This document shows, one piece after another, positions 1-13,039 of a stretch of DNA of 64,000 bases. The DNA is from Heterodontus francisci (Eukaryota), in assembly GCF_036365525.1 (NCBI RefSeq), contig NC_090378.1, forward strand, positions 25,821,953 through 25,885,952, given 5' to 3'. A program made the position numbers and the translations under genes. The notes under the pieces were generated by a model that was not told the origin of the DNA, made no database searches, and saw only the letters and a program-made list of their open reading frames with translations. Position 1 is the first letter of the stretch, and each line of letters begins with the position of its first letter.

Positions 1-600
1 TTTTACATTGAGTGGGAGGCCCTGCCCACTGGCCAAAATGCCAGAGGCGAGCCCACCTTAACTGGCCTCGGGCAGGACTTCCACCACTCTGAGCCAGGAA
101 GTCCCGCCAAATGGAGCTGTTGACCAATCAGCGAGCGGGCAGCTCTCAGTGCCAGCAGCGCCACCGGGAGCGGTGGCCACTGCCGGAACTGCACCCAGCT
201 ACAGCAGGATCGTGGACATGGGTCTGAAAAAAAAGTAAGACTCTGCGCCTTGCTGGGGACAGTCGGCCGGGCCCCGACGAGGCAAGGGAGGGTCAGACTG
301 GGGGGGGGGGGGGGGGGGAGGTAAGAGTGTTATGCAGTAGGGGCGGTGGGGCGGGGAGCCAGCCCTCCATGGGGCACAGGAGCCTACCCGCCCCGTCCCG
401 CCCAGCCTGCAAGGAGGCCGTTAAGTGGCAGTTAATTGGCCACTTAAGGGCTTTTATTGGCCTGGGGCAGGCAGGCCATTTCTCACCACCACAGCCCCTC
501 TTAAAATTGCAGTGGGGGTGGGAGAGCATCGGGAACAATCTTCCCCTCCCCTCCCACTCAATTTTACGATGCCTCAGCCACCAGCCCGCTCCCCGGCCGA
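1..600. mobile_element. GC-rich PIF/Harbinger-like MITE, partial (left end probably just outside the window)
   Basis: Shares internal motifs (gttaattggccacttaagggc, ccaatcag..ggcagctc) with the TIR-bounded copies at 8726, 13710 and 42617; contains a poly-G run at about 300-318. Confidence 0.6.
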
Positions 601-1084
601 TATTGAGTGTGTGGTCAATTCTTCACACACTGATGACAATGTGCTCTTACAGAATGTGCTCTTCGTGCTAAACTCTGATTCTCTTATGCTATCTCAACGT
701 CAGGAGTGTGGCTGGCTGCTCTCTTGCTGTTGAAGCCTCCTTGGACTGGGGTGGCCGTTGCTTCTTGCCAGCCAAGTCCTGAGATGGACCTGTTACAAGC
801 CACAATAACTGTGCAGGTGAATAGGCATCCTTAGCCCTACTGTCTTTTAGTCACATGTGCAGGCCTTGGAGGGGACTGGTGGGAATGCCTGCATGTGCTG
901 TTATCCCAAGAAGCAACATAATCAATAAAAACATGCATTTAGTGCTGCTGACATAGAAACCCTTCAAAATGTGCCACTCAGGCACAAGCAAAAGATGCAT
1001 GCCAAGGACATATTAGAAGGAGTGACCATTAGCTTGGGGGCAGACAGGGCCTCAGTTTAGCATCTCATCTGAGAAAAAAGACAA

Positions 1085-1503
1085 GATGTCCAAAGCACTT
1101 TACAGCCAATGAAGTACTTCTGAAGTGTAGTCATGATTTTGATGTAGGAAGCACGGCAGCTCATTTGCACACAGCAAAATCCCACAAACAGCAATGTGAT
1201 GGTGACCTGATTATCTGTTTTTGCGAAGTTATTTGAGGGATAAATATTGGCCAGGACACTGGGAAAAACTCTTCTGCTCTTTTTTGAAATAGTGCCATGG
1301 GATATTTTAGTCCACCTGAGAGGGCAGATGGGGTCTCAGTTTACATCTCTTCAGAAAGATGGCATCTCCAACAGTGCATCATTCCCTTAGTGCCACACTG
1401 GGGTGTAAGCCTCAATTTTTGTTCTCAAGTCCCTGGAGTGAGTCTTGAACCCAGAACCTACTGACTCAGAAGTGGTCAACTTACCAACTGAGCCATGGCT
1501 GAC
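1085..1503 (-). mobile_element. SacSINE1/DeuSINE-type tRNA-derived SINE
   Basis: Reverse complement of the recurring ...ggttcaag..actccag...gatcccatggcactattt...cacattgctgtttgtggg...ttcattggctgtaaag family seen more than 10 times in the window. Confidence 0.8.
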
Positions 1504-1595
1504 GCTTATTGAAGACAGCGTGTTTGGTTGCCACCAGAAACCTTGTACCCTTGTCATTGACTCCATCCCCACACCTTTCTGGTTACTGTTTCAAG

Positions 1596-4175
1596 AACAC
1601 AAGAAATAGGAGAAGTAGACCATGTGGCCCATCGAGCCTGCTCCACCATTCAATACGATCATGGCTGATCAATTCCACTTTCCTGCCCGCTCCCCATATC
1701 CCCAGATTCCCTGTGAAACCAAAAATCTATCTATCCCAGCCTTAAATGTATTCAATGATGGAGCATCTACAACCCTCTGGGTTAGAGGATTCCAAAGATT
1801 CACAACCCTTTGAGTGAACTAATTTCTCCTCATCTCAGTCCTGAATGATCCGCCCCTTATCATGAGACTGTTTCCCCGTGTTTTAGATTCTCTGACCAGT
1901 GGGAACAATCTCTCAGCTTCTGCCCTATCAAGCCCTTTCCGCATCTTGTATGGTTCAATTAGATCGCCTCTCATTCTTTTAAACTCCAGAGCATACAAGC
2001 CCAATTTACTCAGCCTCTCATAAGACAACCCCCTCATCCCAGGGACCAATTTAGTAAATCTTTGCTGCACCGCCTCCAGTGCAAGAATATCCTTTCTTAA
2101 TTGTGGAGACCAAAACTGCATACAGTATTCCAGGTGCGGTCTCTCCAAAGCCCTGTATAATTTTCGTAAGACTTCTTTATTCCTGTACTCCAGTTCCCTT
2201 GCAATAAAGGCCATCATGCCATTTGCCTTCCTCAAAGCCTACTGCACCTGCAGGTTAACTTTGTGCATTCCTTGTACGTGTACCTCCAAGTCTCTCTGTA
2301 CATCAACACCTTTCAACAGTTTCACACCTTTTAAAAAATATTCTGCTTTTTTACTTTTACAACCAAAGTGAACAACTTCACACTTCCCTGTATTATACTC
2401 CATTTGCCATCTTGTTGCCCACTCACTTAGCCTGTCTATATCTCTTTGCAGCCTTTCTACGTCCTCCCCACAGCTTACCTTTCCACCGAGCTTTGTATCA
2501 TCAGCAGACTTCGATACATTACTCTGTCTCTTCATCCAACTCATTAACAGAGTGCAAATAGCTGAGGCCTCAGCACTGATCCTTGCCGCATTCACTGCCT
2601 GCCAACTTGAAAATGCCCCATTTATGCCCACTCTCTGTTTCCTGTCTGTAAACCAATCCTATATTCAAGCTAATATATTACCCCCAACACCATGAGCCCT
2701 TATCTTGCCTATTAATCTTTTATGCAGCAACTTATCGAATGCCTTTTGGAAATCCAGGTATACTACATCCTTCTTTGGGCCTGCTTATCTCGAGAGACAA
2801 TGGATAAGCGCCTGGAGGTGGTCAGTGGCTTGTGAAGCAGCGCCTGGAGTGGCTATAAAGGCCAATTCTAGAGTGACAGGCTCTTCCACAGGTGCTGCAG
2901 AGAAATTTGTTTGTCGGGGCTGTTGCACAGTTGGCTCTCCCCTCGCGCCTCTGTCTTTTTTCCTGCCAATTACTAAGTCTCTTCGACTCGCCACATTTTA
3001 GCCCTGTCTTTATGGCTGCCCGCCAGCTCTGGCGAATGCTGGCAACTGACTCCCACGACTTGTGATCAATGTCACAGGATTTCATGTCGCGTTTGCAGAA
3101 GTCTTTATAGCGGAGACATGGACGGCCGGTGGGTCTGATACCAGTGGCGTGCTCGCTGTACAATGTGTCTTTGGGGATCCTGCCATCTTCCATGCAGCTC
3201 ACATGGCCAAGCCATCTCAAGCGCCGCTGACTCAGTAGTGTACACAAGCTGGGGATGTTGGCCGCCTCGAGGACTTCTGTGTTGGAGATACGGTCCTGCC
3301 ACCTGATGCCAAGTATTCTCCGGAGGCAGCGAAGATGGAATGAATTGAGACGTCGCTCTTGGCTGACATACGTTGTCCAGGCCTCGCTGCCATAGAGCAA
3401 GGTACCGAGGACACAGGCCTGATACACTCGGACTTTTGCGTTCCGTGTCAGTACGCCATTTTACCACACTCTCTTGGCCAGTCTGGACGTAGCAGTGGAA
3501 GCCTTACCCATGCGCTTGTTGATTTCTGCATCTAGAGACAGGTTACTGGTGATAGTTGAGCCTAGGTAGGTGAACTCTTGAACCACTTCCAGAGCGTGGT
3601 CGCCAATATTGATGGATGGAGCATTTCTGACGTCCTGCCCCATGATGTTTGTTTTCTTGAGGCTGATGGTTAGGCCAAATTCATTGCATCCACATTCCCT
3701 TTATCTACCCTACTAGTTACATCCTCAAAAAACTCTAATAAATTTGTCAAACAGGATCTCCCTTTAGTAAAACCATGCTGACTTGTTCTAATCATACTAT
3801 GCTTTTCCAAGTACAATGTTAAGACTTCTTTAATAGTAGCTCCCAGCAACTGATGTTAGGCTAACCGGCCTGTAGTTCCATGTTTTCTCTCTACCTTCTT
3901 TCTTGAAAAGCTGTGTAACATTTGCCAACTTCCAAACTGACAGGACCATTCCTGAATCTAAGGAATTCTGGAAAATCATAGCCAGCGCATATCTGCAGCT
4001 ATTTCTTTTAGAACCAGAGATGTAGGTCATCTGGTCCTGGGGACTTGTCAGATTTTAGTCCCTCAAGTTTCTCCAACACTTTTTCTTGGCTGACATTAAT
4101 TTCCTTAATCTTCTCACTCCTTTTAGCCCCTAGGTTACTGCCTGTTTCTGGTATGGAACTTGTGTCTTCTACTGT
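1596..4175 (-). mobile_element. CR1 (HER1-like) LINE, 5'-truncated and decayed, split by an RTE insertion
   Basis: RT/C-terminal fragments SADDTKLGG, RPHLEYCMQFWSP and NYRPVSLTSV; the CR1 sequence resumes at about 3687 after the RTE. Confidence 0.9.
2771..3686 (-). mobile_element. RTE-clade LINE 3' portion
   Basis: ORFs 3461-3643 (FTYLGSTI..EINKRMGKA) and 2822-3427 (LLYGSEAWT...RRLRWLGHV...CSTCGRACHSRIGLYSH), typical of the RTE C-terminus; catcc flanks both sides. Confidence 0.9.
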
Positions 4176-4179
4176 GGCT

Positions 4180-4745
4180 GAAACAAACTGTTCACATCCT
4201 TGGTGTCTTATTTTACTCTGATCAGAGCTTTCAATTTCATATCCTCTCCATTACAAAGAGCAATACCTTCATCACGGTAACGTCACCCACCTCTGCCTGT
4301 ACCTCAGCCATTCTGCTGTTAATATTCTCATCAATTCTTTTGATGCCTCCAAACTTAGCCTATTTCAATGCTTTTGTGGCCCACCTCCCATCCTTCACCT
4401 TCCATAAACTTCACCTTATCTAAAAAAACTCAGCTGCCTGTATCTGTTGACACCACATCCCGCTCGCCCATCAGCCCTGTCCTTCCTGACCTACATTGGA
4501 ACACTAGGAACCAATGTCTTGTATTTCATTCTCATCTCTATAACTTCCCCTAACAACTGCCTGCACCTCCCACCCAGTCAATTCTGTGTTCTTCTGACTC
4601 AGCCCGTTGTCTATCTCGCTCCCTTTTGTCTCTCATTGGTTGCTGTTCCTTCAACTACATTGGTCCCATACTTTGGGTCTCGTTACCCTGGGCCTCCATG
4701 CCTCCCCACCTGCCTCTTCTTTTTTAAGATTCTCTTTAAAGCCTT
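4180..4745 (+). mobile_element. Old L2-like LINE 3' fragment
   Basis: Degenerate ILGVLF..SFQFHI and ISPVLPDLHW motifs, typical of the L2 ORF2 C-terminus. Confidence 0.6.
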
Positions 4746-5569
4746 TTCTTTAGAAATTAAAGGAAACTTCCTGTACGGGTAATGAGTTAAATCTGTTTGG
4801 ACAATGTGGCTAGTTCTTGTCTGTCCTCAGGTAGAGATAAAAATGCATTTGCAGCACAACATCTGACACCACCTCTAGAAATGTTTGATGTTCTGAAACT
4901 ATGCTTCTTTTAAAAGCAGGACCCATGAGAACAGATCCCCTGTTTCTTCAGCTAAGAGACAATGGGTCATAATCCTCCTAGTGGGAAACAGCTGCCACCT
5001 GATTCACCTTCTCCCTCATCTTCGAGTTCCAGGAAATAAAAATGACCAAGAGGTATCATCACCCAACATCCCGCCTTCCTTTTACTCATAGTAATATCAG
5101 CCTAATCCATGATCTAGCCACATTGTGCAAAGATTTAACTTTTTACCTATACAGGAAATTTCATTTAATTTCTAAAGCAAAATCACTAATTAAAATCTCC
5201 CATTGTGTCACAGTAAAGGATTGAATAGGATTCGGAAACACCTGATTGCGGAGTTTTTACTGTCTACTTAATGAATAAGAATATGATGCAGTGCACCTTC
5301 ATATTCTGTACAGTTCCAAACACACCAACATATTTATAGGTTGCTCTGATTGCTTGAATATTATGGGCTGCCAATTGCTAATTTCAGGTGTTGAACAACA
5401 TTTTTGTTTGGCTAAGTAGCAGCTGAACAAACTGGATTGTTGGGAGTAATACGCACGACTTTAAGGTTAACAGAAAGATTTGCTCAGGTAGCTATGCTTT
5501 CTTGCATTACCTCTCTTGACTGCTGTGCGGTGCTAAGGTTAACCCACGCTAGTGTAGAAAGAAAAAGAC

Positions 5570-5930
5570 AAACTTGCGTTTACGTAGCATCTTTTACAAC
5601 CTCTGGGCACCACTAAGTGCTTTAAAGCTAATTAAGTTCTTTTTGAAGTGCAGTCACTGTTTGAGGAAACAAGGCATCCAATTTTCACACAGCAAGCTCC
5701 TACAAACACCACTGTGATAAAGGCCAGACAATCAGTTTTAGTGATGTTAGTTCAGAGGTAAATGTTGGCCAGGACACAGGAGAGAACGCCCCTGCTCTTC
5801 TTTGAAATAGTGCCATGTGATCTTCTACGTCCACTTAAGAGGGCAGATGGTTTAATATCTCATGCAAAAGATAGTACCTCCCACAGTGCAGCACTCCGTC
5901 TGTATTGCACGGAATGTTAGCATGAGAGTC
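5570..5930 (-). mobile_element. SacSINE1/DeuSINE-type SINE
   Basis: Same family motifs as 1085-1503. Confidence 0.75.
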
Positions 5931-7744
5931 AACTGACACATCTCCCTCAGCAGCATGGAACAGTTTAGGGAACAAAAGGAGGAAATATCCACTGACTGTG
6001 GTAATTGTGATTACAACGAAGATCTGTGAAAAAACTCATACCGACACATGTATGCTTTTGTTGTAAATATACTTGAAAGCAGTTAGGAAACAAACCCGGT
6101 TAGGAATGAGAGTAAGGTGAGAAAAACAATTGAAAGGAGAGATGTATAAGAAACGACAAGAATATAATGTCAAACCTTTTAAAAGAAGGAAAAAGTAAAA
6201 CAACGCCATGAAGGTACAGAGCTAACATACAAACACAAGCATGGGAGCAATATAGAGAAATAAAGGGAAAGAATGCGAACGGAAAAAGGGGAAAACTAAA
6301 AGGTCAACAGGGAAGAGAAAAAGTGACAGCGAGAGAGATGGGAAATCAACTGTTGAGATTTATTACATTCAGAGAAAGACAGGAGAGAGAAAGAGCAAAA
6401 AAACAGGAAAAGCAAAAAAAGCATAAAGAAACCTGAAACAGCAGTTTCCCAGTCCAATAAATCTTCATTTGGAGACTCCAAAAGGCTTATCACCAAAGGC
6501 AGTGGTGTCCTCTTACACTGTAACAACACCGCAGATTCTTTGGTCTGTTGTGTTATAAATTCATTGTCTGCATCCCCAGCTAGTTACAATACTCTTAGGG
6601 TGCTTCTACTCCACAGGAATGCAGCTGACTGCAGACGTGTAGTTCTCCTGCCACTGGCGCGGCATCTTAACTATAAACAACTTCACCCACAGGAAACCAG
6701 TGGATTGTAGACCCAAAAAATTACAAACCTGCCATAGAATTAAGGCTCCTGTTGGAGAATGCTAATCATTCAAAGCCAGTCCCCTCAGGTCTTAGATCAG
6801 ACAACCAGGCCCCTGGAGACGAGCAACCAAAAGAAGGGGGTGGGGGTGGGGGGTTCGAACATGGAGATTGCTTTTTCAGGAGAGAAAATATGAATAAAAG
6901 CACCTTTAAAAAGCTAATGTATTTCATTCTAGATTCCCAAGAACACCAAAGAATGTTATGTACAGTATCAATGGTTAATAATTGAACTGAATTTCATAGC
7001 TAATGGTGAAAGCATTTACTGCAGTCAGTGATCTCACTTAACAGATCTGAGCGCCCATCACCCTCCTACAGTTTATTCACAGAGGAATTCTTTAATGACT
7101 GAATGACTGTAAATCAGGACGCCAGTGAAATTTGACTATAAGTGCCCATTTAAATTTAATCACAAATTCAGAACTACCATATTTGCCACAAATTTTTGTC
7201 AATAAAAGTACTGACAGCTTCGAGTTGCATAAAGATTGCTTGCACTTTTCCTCCAGTGCCCAGGACACAGATGAAGCTGTGTATTTCCTCAGAACAGACA
7301 TTTTGCTCCTCGGATTATGTCTCAGCAAAATATAAATGGCTGCAGAGCGGAAAAATAGAATTCCAAGCTCAGTCTCTCGACTCAGCCCATCATCCTCCCA
7401 CTGAGAGCAGAAAACCTGATCTCATTTCTCTAAAGCTTTTGGACTTGAGACTGGCAGCTGGCCAAGAGGTCTGTGAATGCAGCCTGTGAACACAGCACTT
7501 CTGTTCTGGTAAAATAGTACCAATCACTGGGGACCAGTCACAAGCCCTGCGGCTCTAATTCGTTGTCAAGGCTACAGAGGGTAGCGACATCCTTCTAATA
7601 GGCCATGGATGCTTCACCCACTGCCATACCGTAAAAACATTCGTACAGATCACAATCATTTCAAATATCTGTAGACAACACTCTAAAAATGGCCTAATTT
7701 GTAGGCAAATGAATTTTCCTCCACACAGTCCCAAACCTGCTTTA

Positions 7745-8000
7745 TGTGGCGGAGGTGCCATCTTTTGGAACAGACGTTAAACCAAAGCCCTGCTCTCTCA
7801 AGGGAGATGTAAAAGTTCTGATGGCACAATGTTGAAAAGAGTAGGGGAGTTCTCCCCGGTGCCACGGCCAACACTTATCCCTCAATCGTCAATAAAAAAA
7901 ACAGACTAACTGATCATTTATCTCACTACTGTTCATGGGACCTCTGCTGCGCGCAAATTGGCTGCCGCATTTCCTACAGCACAACAGTGACTGCATTTCA
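7745..8000 (+). mobile_element. SacSINE1/DeuSINE-type SINE fragment
   Basis: ggaggtgccatctttt...gacgttaaacc...gcgcaaattggctgccgcatttcctac. Confidence 0.75.
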
Positions 8001-8725
8001 TTTAGCAATGCTGTATGTTGCACAACCAAGTTTTAATAGGATTGAGGGGCTCCCTGATGGCTCGTTGGATTTATTCTGTAATTAACTGGGGAAGAAGTGA
8101 TAGCAACACCATAACTGGCCTCAGTTTCCCCGAGTTACACATGAGAAAAGTCTGCCAGTGCTCCCACTCCTGGTCTGTTTGGCACAACCCCAGTTAAAAG
8201 TGTTGGGTGTCAGCTGTAATGTTCCCCCCTTCACGTGGCAGAACGTCTTGCCAATAGTCACTGTTAAAGGCTCCCAAGTGAGGAACAGCTTGAAAATGTA
8301 TCAGCAGCAATAGAACCATACCTCAGCACCATCAGGAGAGAAGTAGTGTAAACTGGCAAGAGACAACATTAAACCTGAATAATCCAAAAACTACCGCAAG
8401 TGCACTGTCTGTATGGACAATCAGTAGGAGTAGCGAGGGGCAAACAATGCAAGGCAGGATGTTCCAGATGCTTCAAGAATAATCTTAAAAGTTGTGATCT
8501 GGCAACAACAGAACTTGCATTTTTATAGCATCTGTCATGACCTCAGGACATCCCAGAATGACTTATAGTCAATGATATACTTTTGAAGTAAGTCACTGTT
8601 TCAGTTTTTAATCCTCCTCACATATACTGATGTTCCATTATGAAGAACGTGGTACGGCATACAATCGTAGACAGCTAAGATTTGTACAGTTACCCCGAAC
8701 TGGATCTGCTATATTAAAAGAAAGT

Positions 8726-9393
8726 GGGTAGGATTTTGTCCTGCCCTGGGGAACGGGAATGGAGCAAACAAAATTGCAAGGGGTGGCATTGGGAGACATG
8801 CCTGGCAGTGTCCTGGCATCCTGCCATTTTGTCCAAAACCAATTGAGACGCTTAAGGGGTCAATTAATGGCCGCTCAAGGGAAGCTTCCCAACTCCACTT
8901 CCAATTTACTGAAGTTGGAGGGGCCTGCCGCTTCATGAAGGCACCGCCAGGTGAGATATGGCGGCCTCCTAGAGGGCTTGAGGGACGGGGTGGGGGGGGG
9001 GCTCCCTCCTCTGGGGGCAATCCATAGGCCCATGAAAGGCCCCTCTGGTGGCAAAGGCTTCCTCGCAGCATGGCTTCTCCATCCCGCCCTCACCAATTCC
9101 CTTCCCACTTGGGACTGCTCGTCTCTGGGGTCTCCAACATCTTCGTCACTCCAGGCCTCCTGCAGTTCTGGCAGTGGCCACTGATCCCGGTGGTGCAGCT
9201 GGCACCAGACCTCCGATTGGTAGGCAGCTCTGGAGGCGAGAGCTTGTCTCTTAAAGGGACGCTGTCCCTGATGGCGGGCAGATAACAGGCTGCCCGCTGT
9301 GAAATTCCACTGGGGATCCGACAGAGGGCCAAATCGGGGTCTTCCGCCTTCCGGCCTGCTGCCGGGACCCGTCACCAGGATAAAATCCAGCCC
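8726..9393. mobile_element. PIF/Harbinger-like MITE
   Basis: TIRs GGGTAGGATTTT / AAAATCCAGCCC, 3-bp flanking duplication AGT/AGT, GC-rich non-coding interior. Confidence 0.75.
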
Positions 9394-10084
9394 AGTATCT
9401 CTCTCTCTGATGATCAATCCTTTGGTATGAAAACCTATACAGCACACCTGGTTTACAGCTCTGTTACTGATAAGGAGATTAAAGTAAATGTTTCTTTGTG
9501 TGGATTTCACCTTGATGTACCAGACTGGCTCATAACACACAGATAAGAGCATGATGAGATTACAAATTAACCGGCACTTCTGTCAGAATGTCCGATATTA
9601 TGTTAATAAAACCTTTTTTTTTCCAAGCAGCTGGTACAAAGATCAGTCCATAGACACAATGTTTTTTACTGTGACAGTTTGAGAACAGGGGGGTGTTAAA
9701 AATATTAAGTAATAACATAACTGAAATGTTTCAGGTTAGAGTACACATGATACAGATTGCATCTCTATGTCCTGCAATCTATTTGAACCCCCAGCTTGTG
9801 TCATATCATATTCATGATAATTTTGTTGTCATTTTCTCCCTACCTCTTTTGAGGATGCTGACCCTTGCTGGTATAAATCTCTGCAGGAACTGACAGCATC
9901 CAGTACCTTGACATAATCTGCCCCATTATTCTTTGAGAGCCCGGACAGCTGAGTTTCAGCAGGTTTGAGATCCTGAGGTCAATCCTCCCCATGTCCAAAT
10001 ACTTGCACTTTCTAGCAGGGATTAATAAATAGCAACTAAGAGGCACCATTTTTTCTTTTCCCTAATCTATGGGGTGCTGGAGTT

Positions 10085-10170
10085 CTTTTCTTTCTTTTGG
10101 GCCTCCTTATCTGGAGAGACAATGGATACGCGCCTGGAGGTGGTCAGTGGTTTGTGAAGCAGCGCTTCAC
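10085..10170 (-). mobile_element. RTE LINE extreme 3' end
   Basis: Near-identical to 2771-2845 (gagagacaatggata.gcgcctggaggtggtcagtgg). Confidence 0.8.
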
Positions 10171-10394
10171 AAAATGTGTAAATGTGGCAAACAACTACCA
10201 TTAACCGGCAAACCAAAATCAGCATTCACTTAAATTTACATTTTGTCAGATAATGTAACAGCTGGTTTCATTCTACAGTAAAGTCTTTTTTATTACGAAA
10301 CTGATTAACGAAAGTTACAGAATTAAAAATAATCAGAAAGTACTAAATGATTACACAGATCTTCCAAAATGTCCAATTTTACTTTTTTTCACCA

Positions 10395-11945
10395 GAGGAA
10401 CAGAAGGCGGCCATTCAGCCCCTCCAGCCTGTCTGTCATTCAATGAAATCATGGCTGATCTGTGGCATAACTTCATATACCCCACTTTGGCCCATATCCC
10501 TTAATATATTTGGTTAACATAAATTTATCAATCTCAATTTTAAGCTTAAAAACAGATCTGGTTTTGGTTACCGTTTGCAGGAGAGAGTCCCAAACTTCTA
10601 CCACTCTTTTTGTGTAGAAGTGTTTCTTAATTTCACTCCTAAGGTCTGGCTCTAACTTTTAGACTATGCCCCCTAGTCCTAGACTCCCCAACAAGTGGGA
10701 ATAGTTTCTTCCTAGCTACTCTATTTGCTCCCTTAATATCTTGGAAACTTCAATCAAATCGCCCCTTTCCCTTCTAAATTTCAGGGAATACAACCCTAGT
10801 TTGTCCATATAAATAACATCCACAGACATTTCCCTGTCCACTACTTTAGATGCCTCATCAAAAAATTCAGTCAGATTCATCAGGTATGATCTGCCCTTTA
10901 CAAATCACACTGGTTCTCTCTAATCAGCTGAAAATTTTTAAAGGTGTTCAGTCACTCTATCCTTAATTATAGACTAGTAATTTCACAACAACAGTTGCTA
11001 GGCTAACTGGTCAGTTTACAATTCCCTGCTTTCCCTCTCTCGCCTTTCTTAAATAAAGTGACATGCACAATTTTTCAATCTATAGGAATGGTTCCCGTAT
11101 TGAGAGGACTTTGGAAGATGACAGTTCGGGCATTTGCAACGTTCTCACATACTTCTTTTAGAAACCTGTGATGAAAACTATTTGGCCTTGGGATTTGTCA
11201 TTACTGTTATTTTGCTTTTGTTAAATTGGGGAGTCTCTGTTCCAGTTTCAATGTTAATTTTGTCAAGCTGACCTCTTCCTCTACTGTAAATACTGATGCA
11301 AAGTAATCATTCAACATGTCCGGCACTTCCTTATTCTCATTGACAAATCCACAGTTATCAGTTTTCAAGGAGCACGCATTACTTCTGACCACCCTGTTCT
11401 TCCTAATAGAATTGAATAATTTTGTATGTCGATTTTGATAATCCTTGCAAGTTCCTTTTTTGTACTCCCTTTTTCATATCTCTTACTGTTCTGTCACCTT
11501 TCGCTGTTCTTTGTATCACTCTCATTCTCCAGGATCTGTCCTTTATTTTTGCATTTTTATATGCATTTTCTTTTCGTTTTAGGTTGCCTCTTAACTCTTT
11601 AGCCATTCATGGCTGTATTTTTTGGCTTGTAAAGCTCTTGCCCCTTACAGGTACATACTTATCCTGTATCACAAATCTTTTTGAACATTCCCCCACTGAT
11701 CTTTTGCCTTTTCGCCCAGATTTACCCAGTTTACTGTGGGCAGAATCTGTCTCATCCCATTGAAGTCAGCCGTGCCTAAATCTTGAACCTTCACAGCTAT
11801 TTCACATTTTTCCCTATCGAACACCATGCTAAATGTGATATCATGATCGTTATTAGATATACGTTCACACAGAGTTAGGCTGTTAACTAAATCTAAAATA
11901 GCATGCTCCCTAGTTGGTTCTAGGGCATATTATTGCAAAATAAAA
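10395..11945 (-). mobile_element. Decayed CR1 LINE
   Basis: MLNDYFASVFTVEE motif; CR1 3' tail ggccattcagccc; many stops. Confidence 0.75.
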
Positions 11946-13039
11946 CTATCCAGGCACATTCAAGAAATTCACGAACATTCAACATTGTGTTGGATATGAT
12001 TCATCAGTGCAAGATTTTCTCAAACAAAATGGTGAAATGCTTTTCCTCAATATTCACAAATACACTGTAAGGTTTTGTTACAGCACTGTGAAACATTGAG
12101 CGCTAATTGAACACAGATATTATTGAAAAGTTCCATGGGTCCGTGTTTAGAAAGAGGTTTTGTCCAAATGCAAGAATGTCACAGAAGCCTGAACTCGAAT
12201 GACTCAACCAAATGGGACTTTGAACTCTCAAAATATCAAGAGGTCACAAGCTGCTTTCCTCAAAAGGGGAAAAAAATTCATGACAACATCGGCCTTTCAA
12301 AAATTACTTCAATCTGTGTGTGGATGTTGAGTGAGAAGAGGATTGGGTTTGGCTGCAATGCCTCCCTATGGTAACTTGCAAACACTCTGTCATGGCTCAC
12401 ACATAAATAACAGCCACTGGGTAAAGCCCAAGGAAGTGATCCTCAGTAAAGAGTAAATATCTTCAGGGGATGAATAAAAATTGGCAAAAGAGAATCTCAA
12501 CTGACTATAGTTACATGGGTGGTCCTCGCTTTCATAAGCACTTGTGAGAAAAAAAATGACTAACTAGACACTCATGGGATATTTCCAGAGCAATATTTTT
12601 ACAATGAAACTTAACTTCCAAAAAATCTTTCAAGGTAACAAGATTCTCAAGTGTATACTAAAAGACTGCAAGAACCAGGATCACATTATTAACACTTGTA
12701 ATATTAACATAATTTGCATATATTCATACATTTGTATAGAACTTTTAGCAAAGTAAATATCTCAACATGCTTCCAAATCCTGCCTTATCTAATATAGTTA
12801 ACGTTTCTTCTGTCTGTAATTTGTGACAAGACAGTAAATTGGTGTATAAATGCTGAAAACTTACACTGCACCACGTTTATTCCTGTACATCACAGCATAC
12901 TTTGTGAAATATACCTCAGAGGTCGAGAAAGTAAAATGGCCTGGAAATTGGGCCACTCAGCACTTGTTTTTCAGGCACTAAAAGGGCTTCTAAGCCTCCA
13001 ATGTGGCAAGCAGGAAGCACATGCTCATTTCAAGCTGGA

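Noticed and set aside
6296-6529. Hydrophobic 77-aa ORF resembling a membrane protein
   Set aside because: Derived from a purine-rich low-complexity tract; no recognisable homology or splice support.
8709-9552. Cluster of overlapping Pro/Gly-rich ORFs (also 293-733 and 13989-14470)
   Set aside because: GC-rich MITE interiors with few stop codons and no domain motifs.
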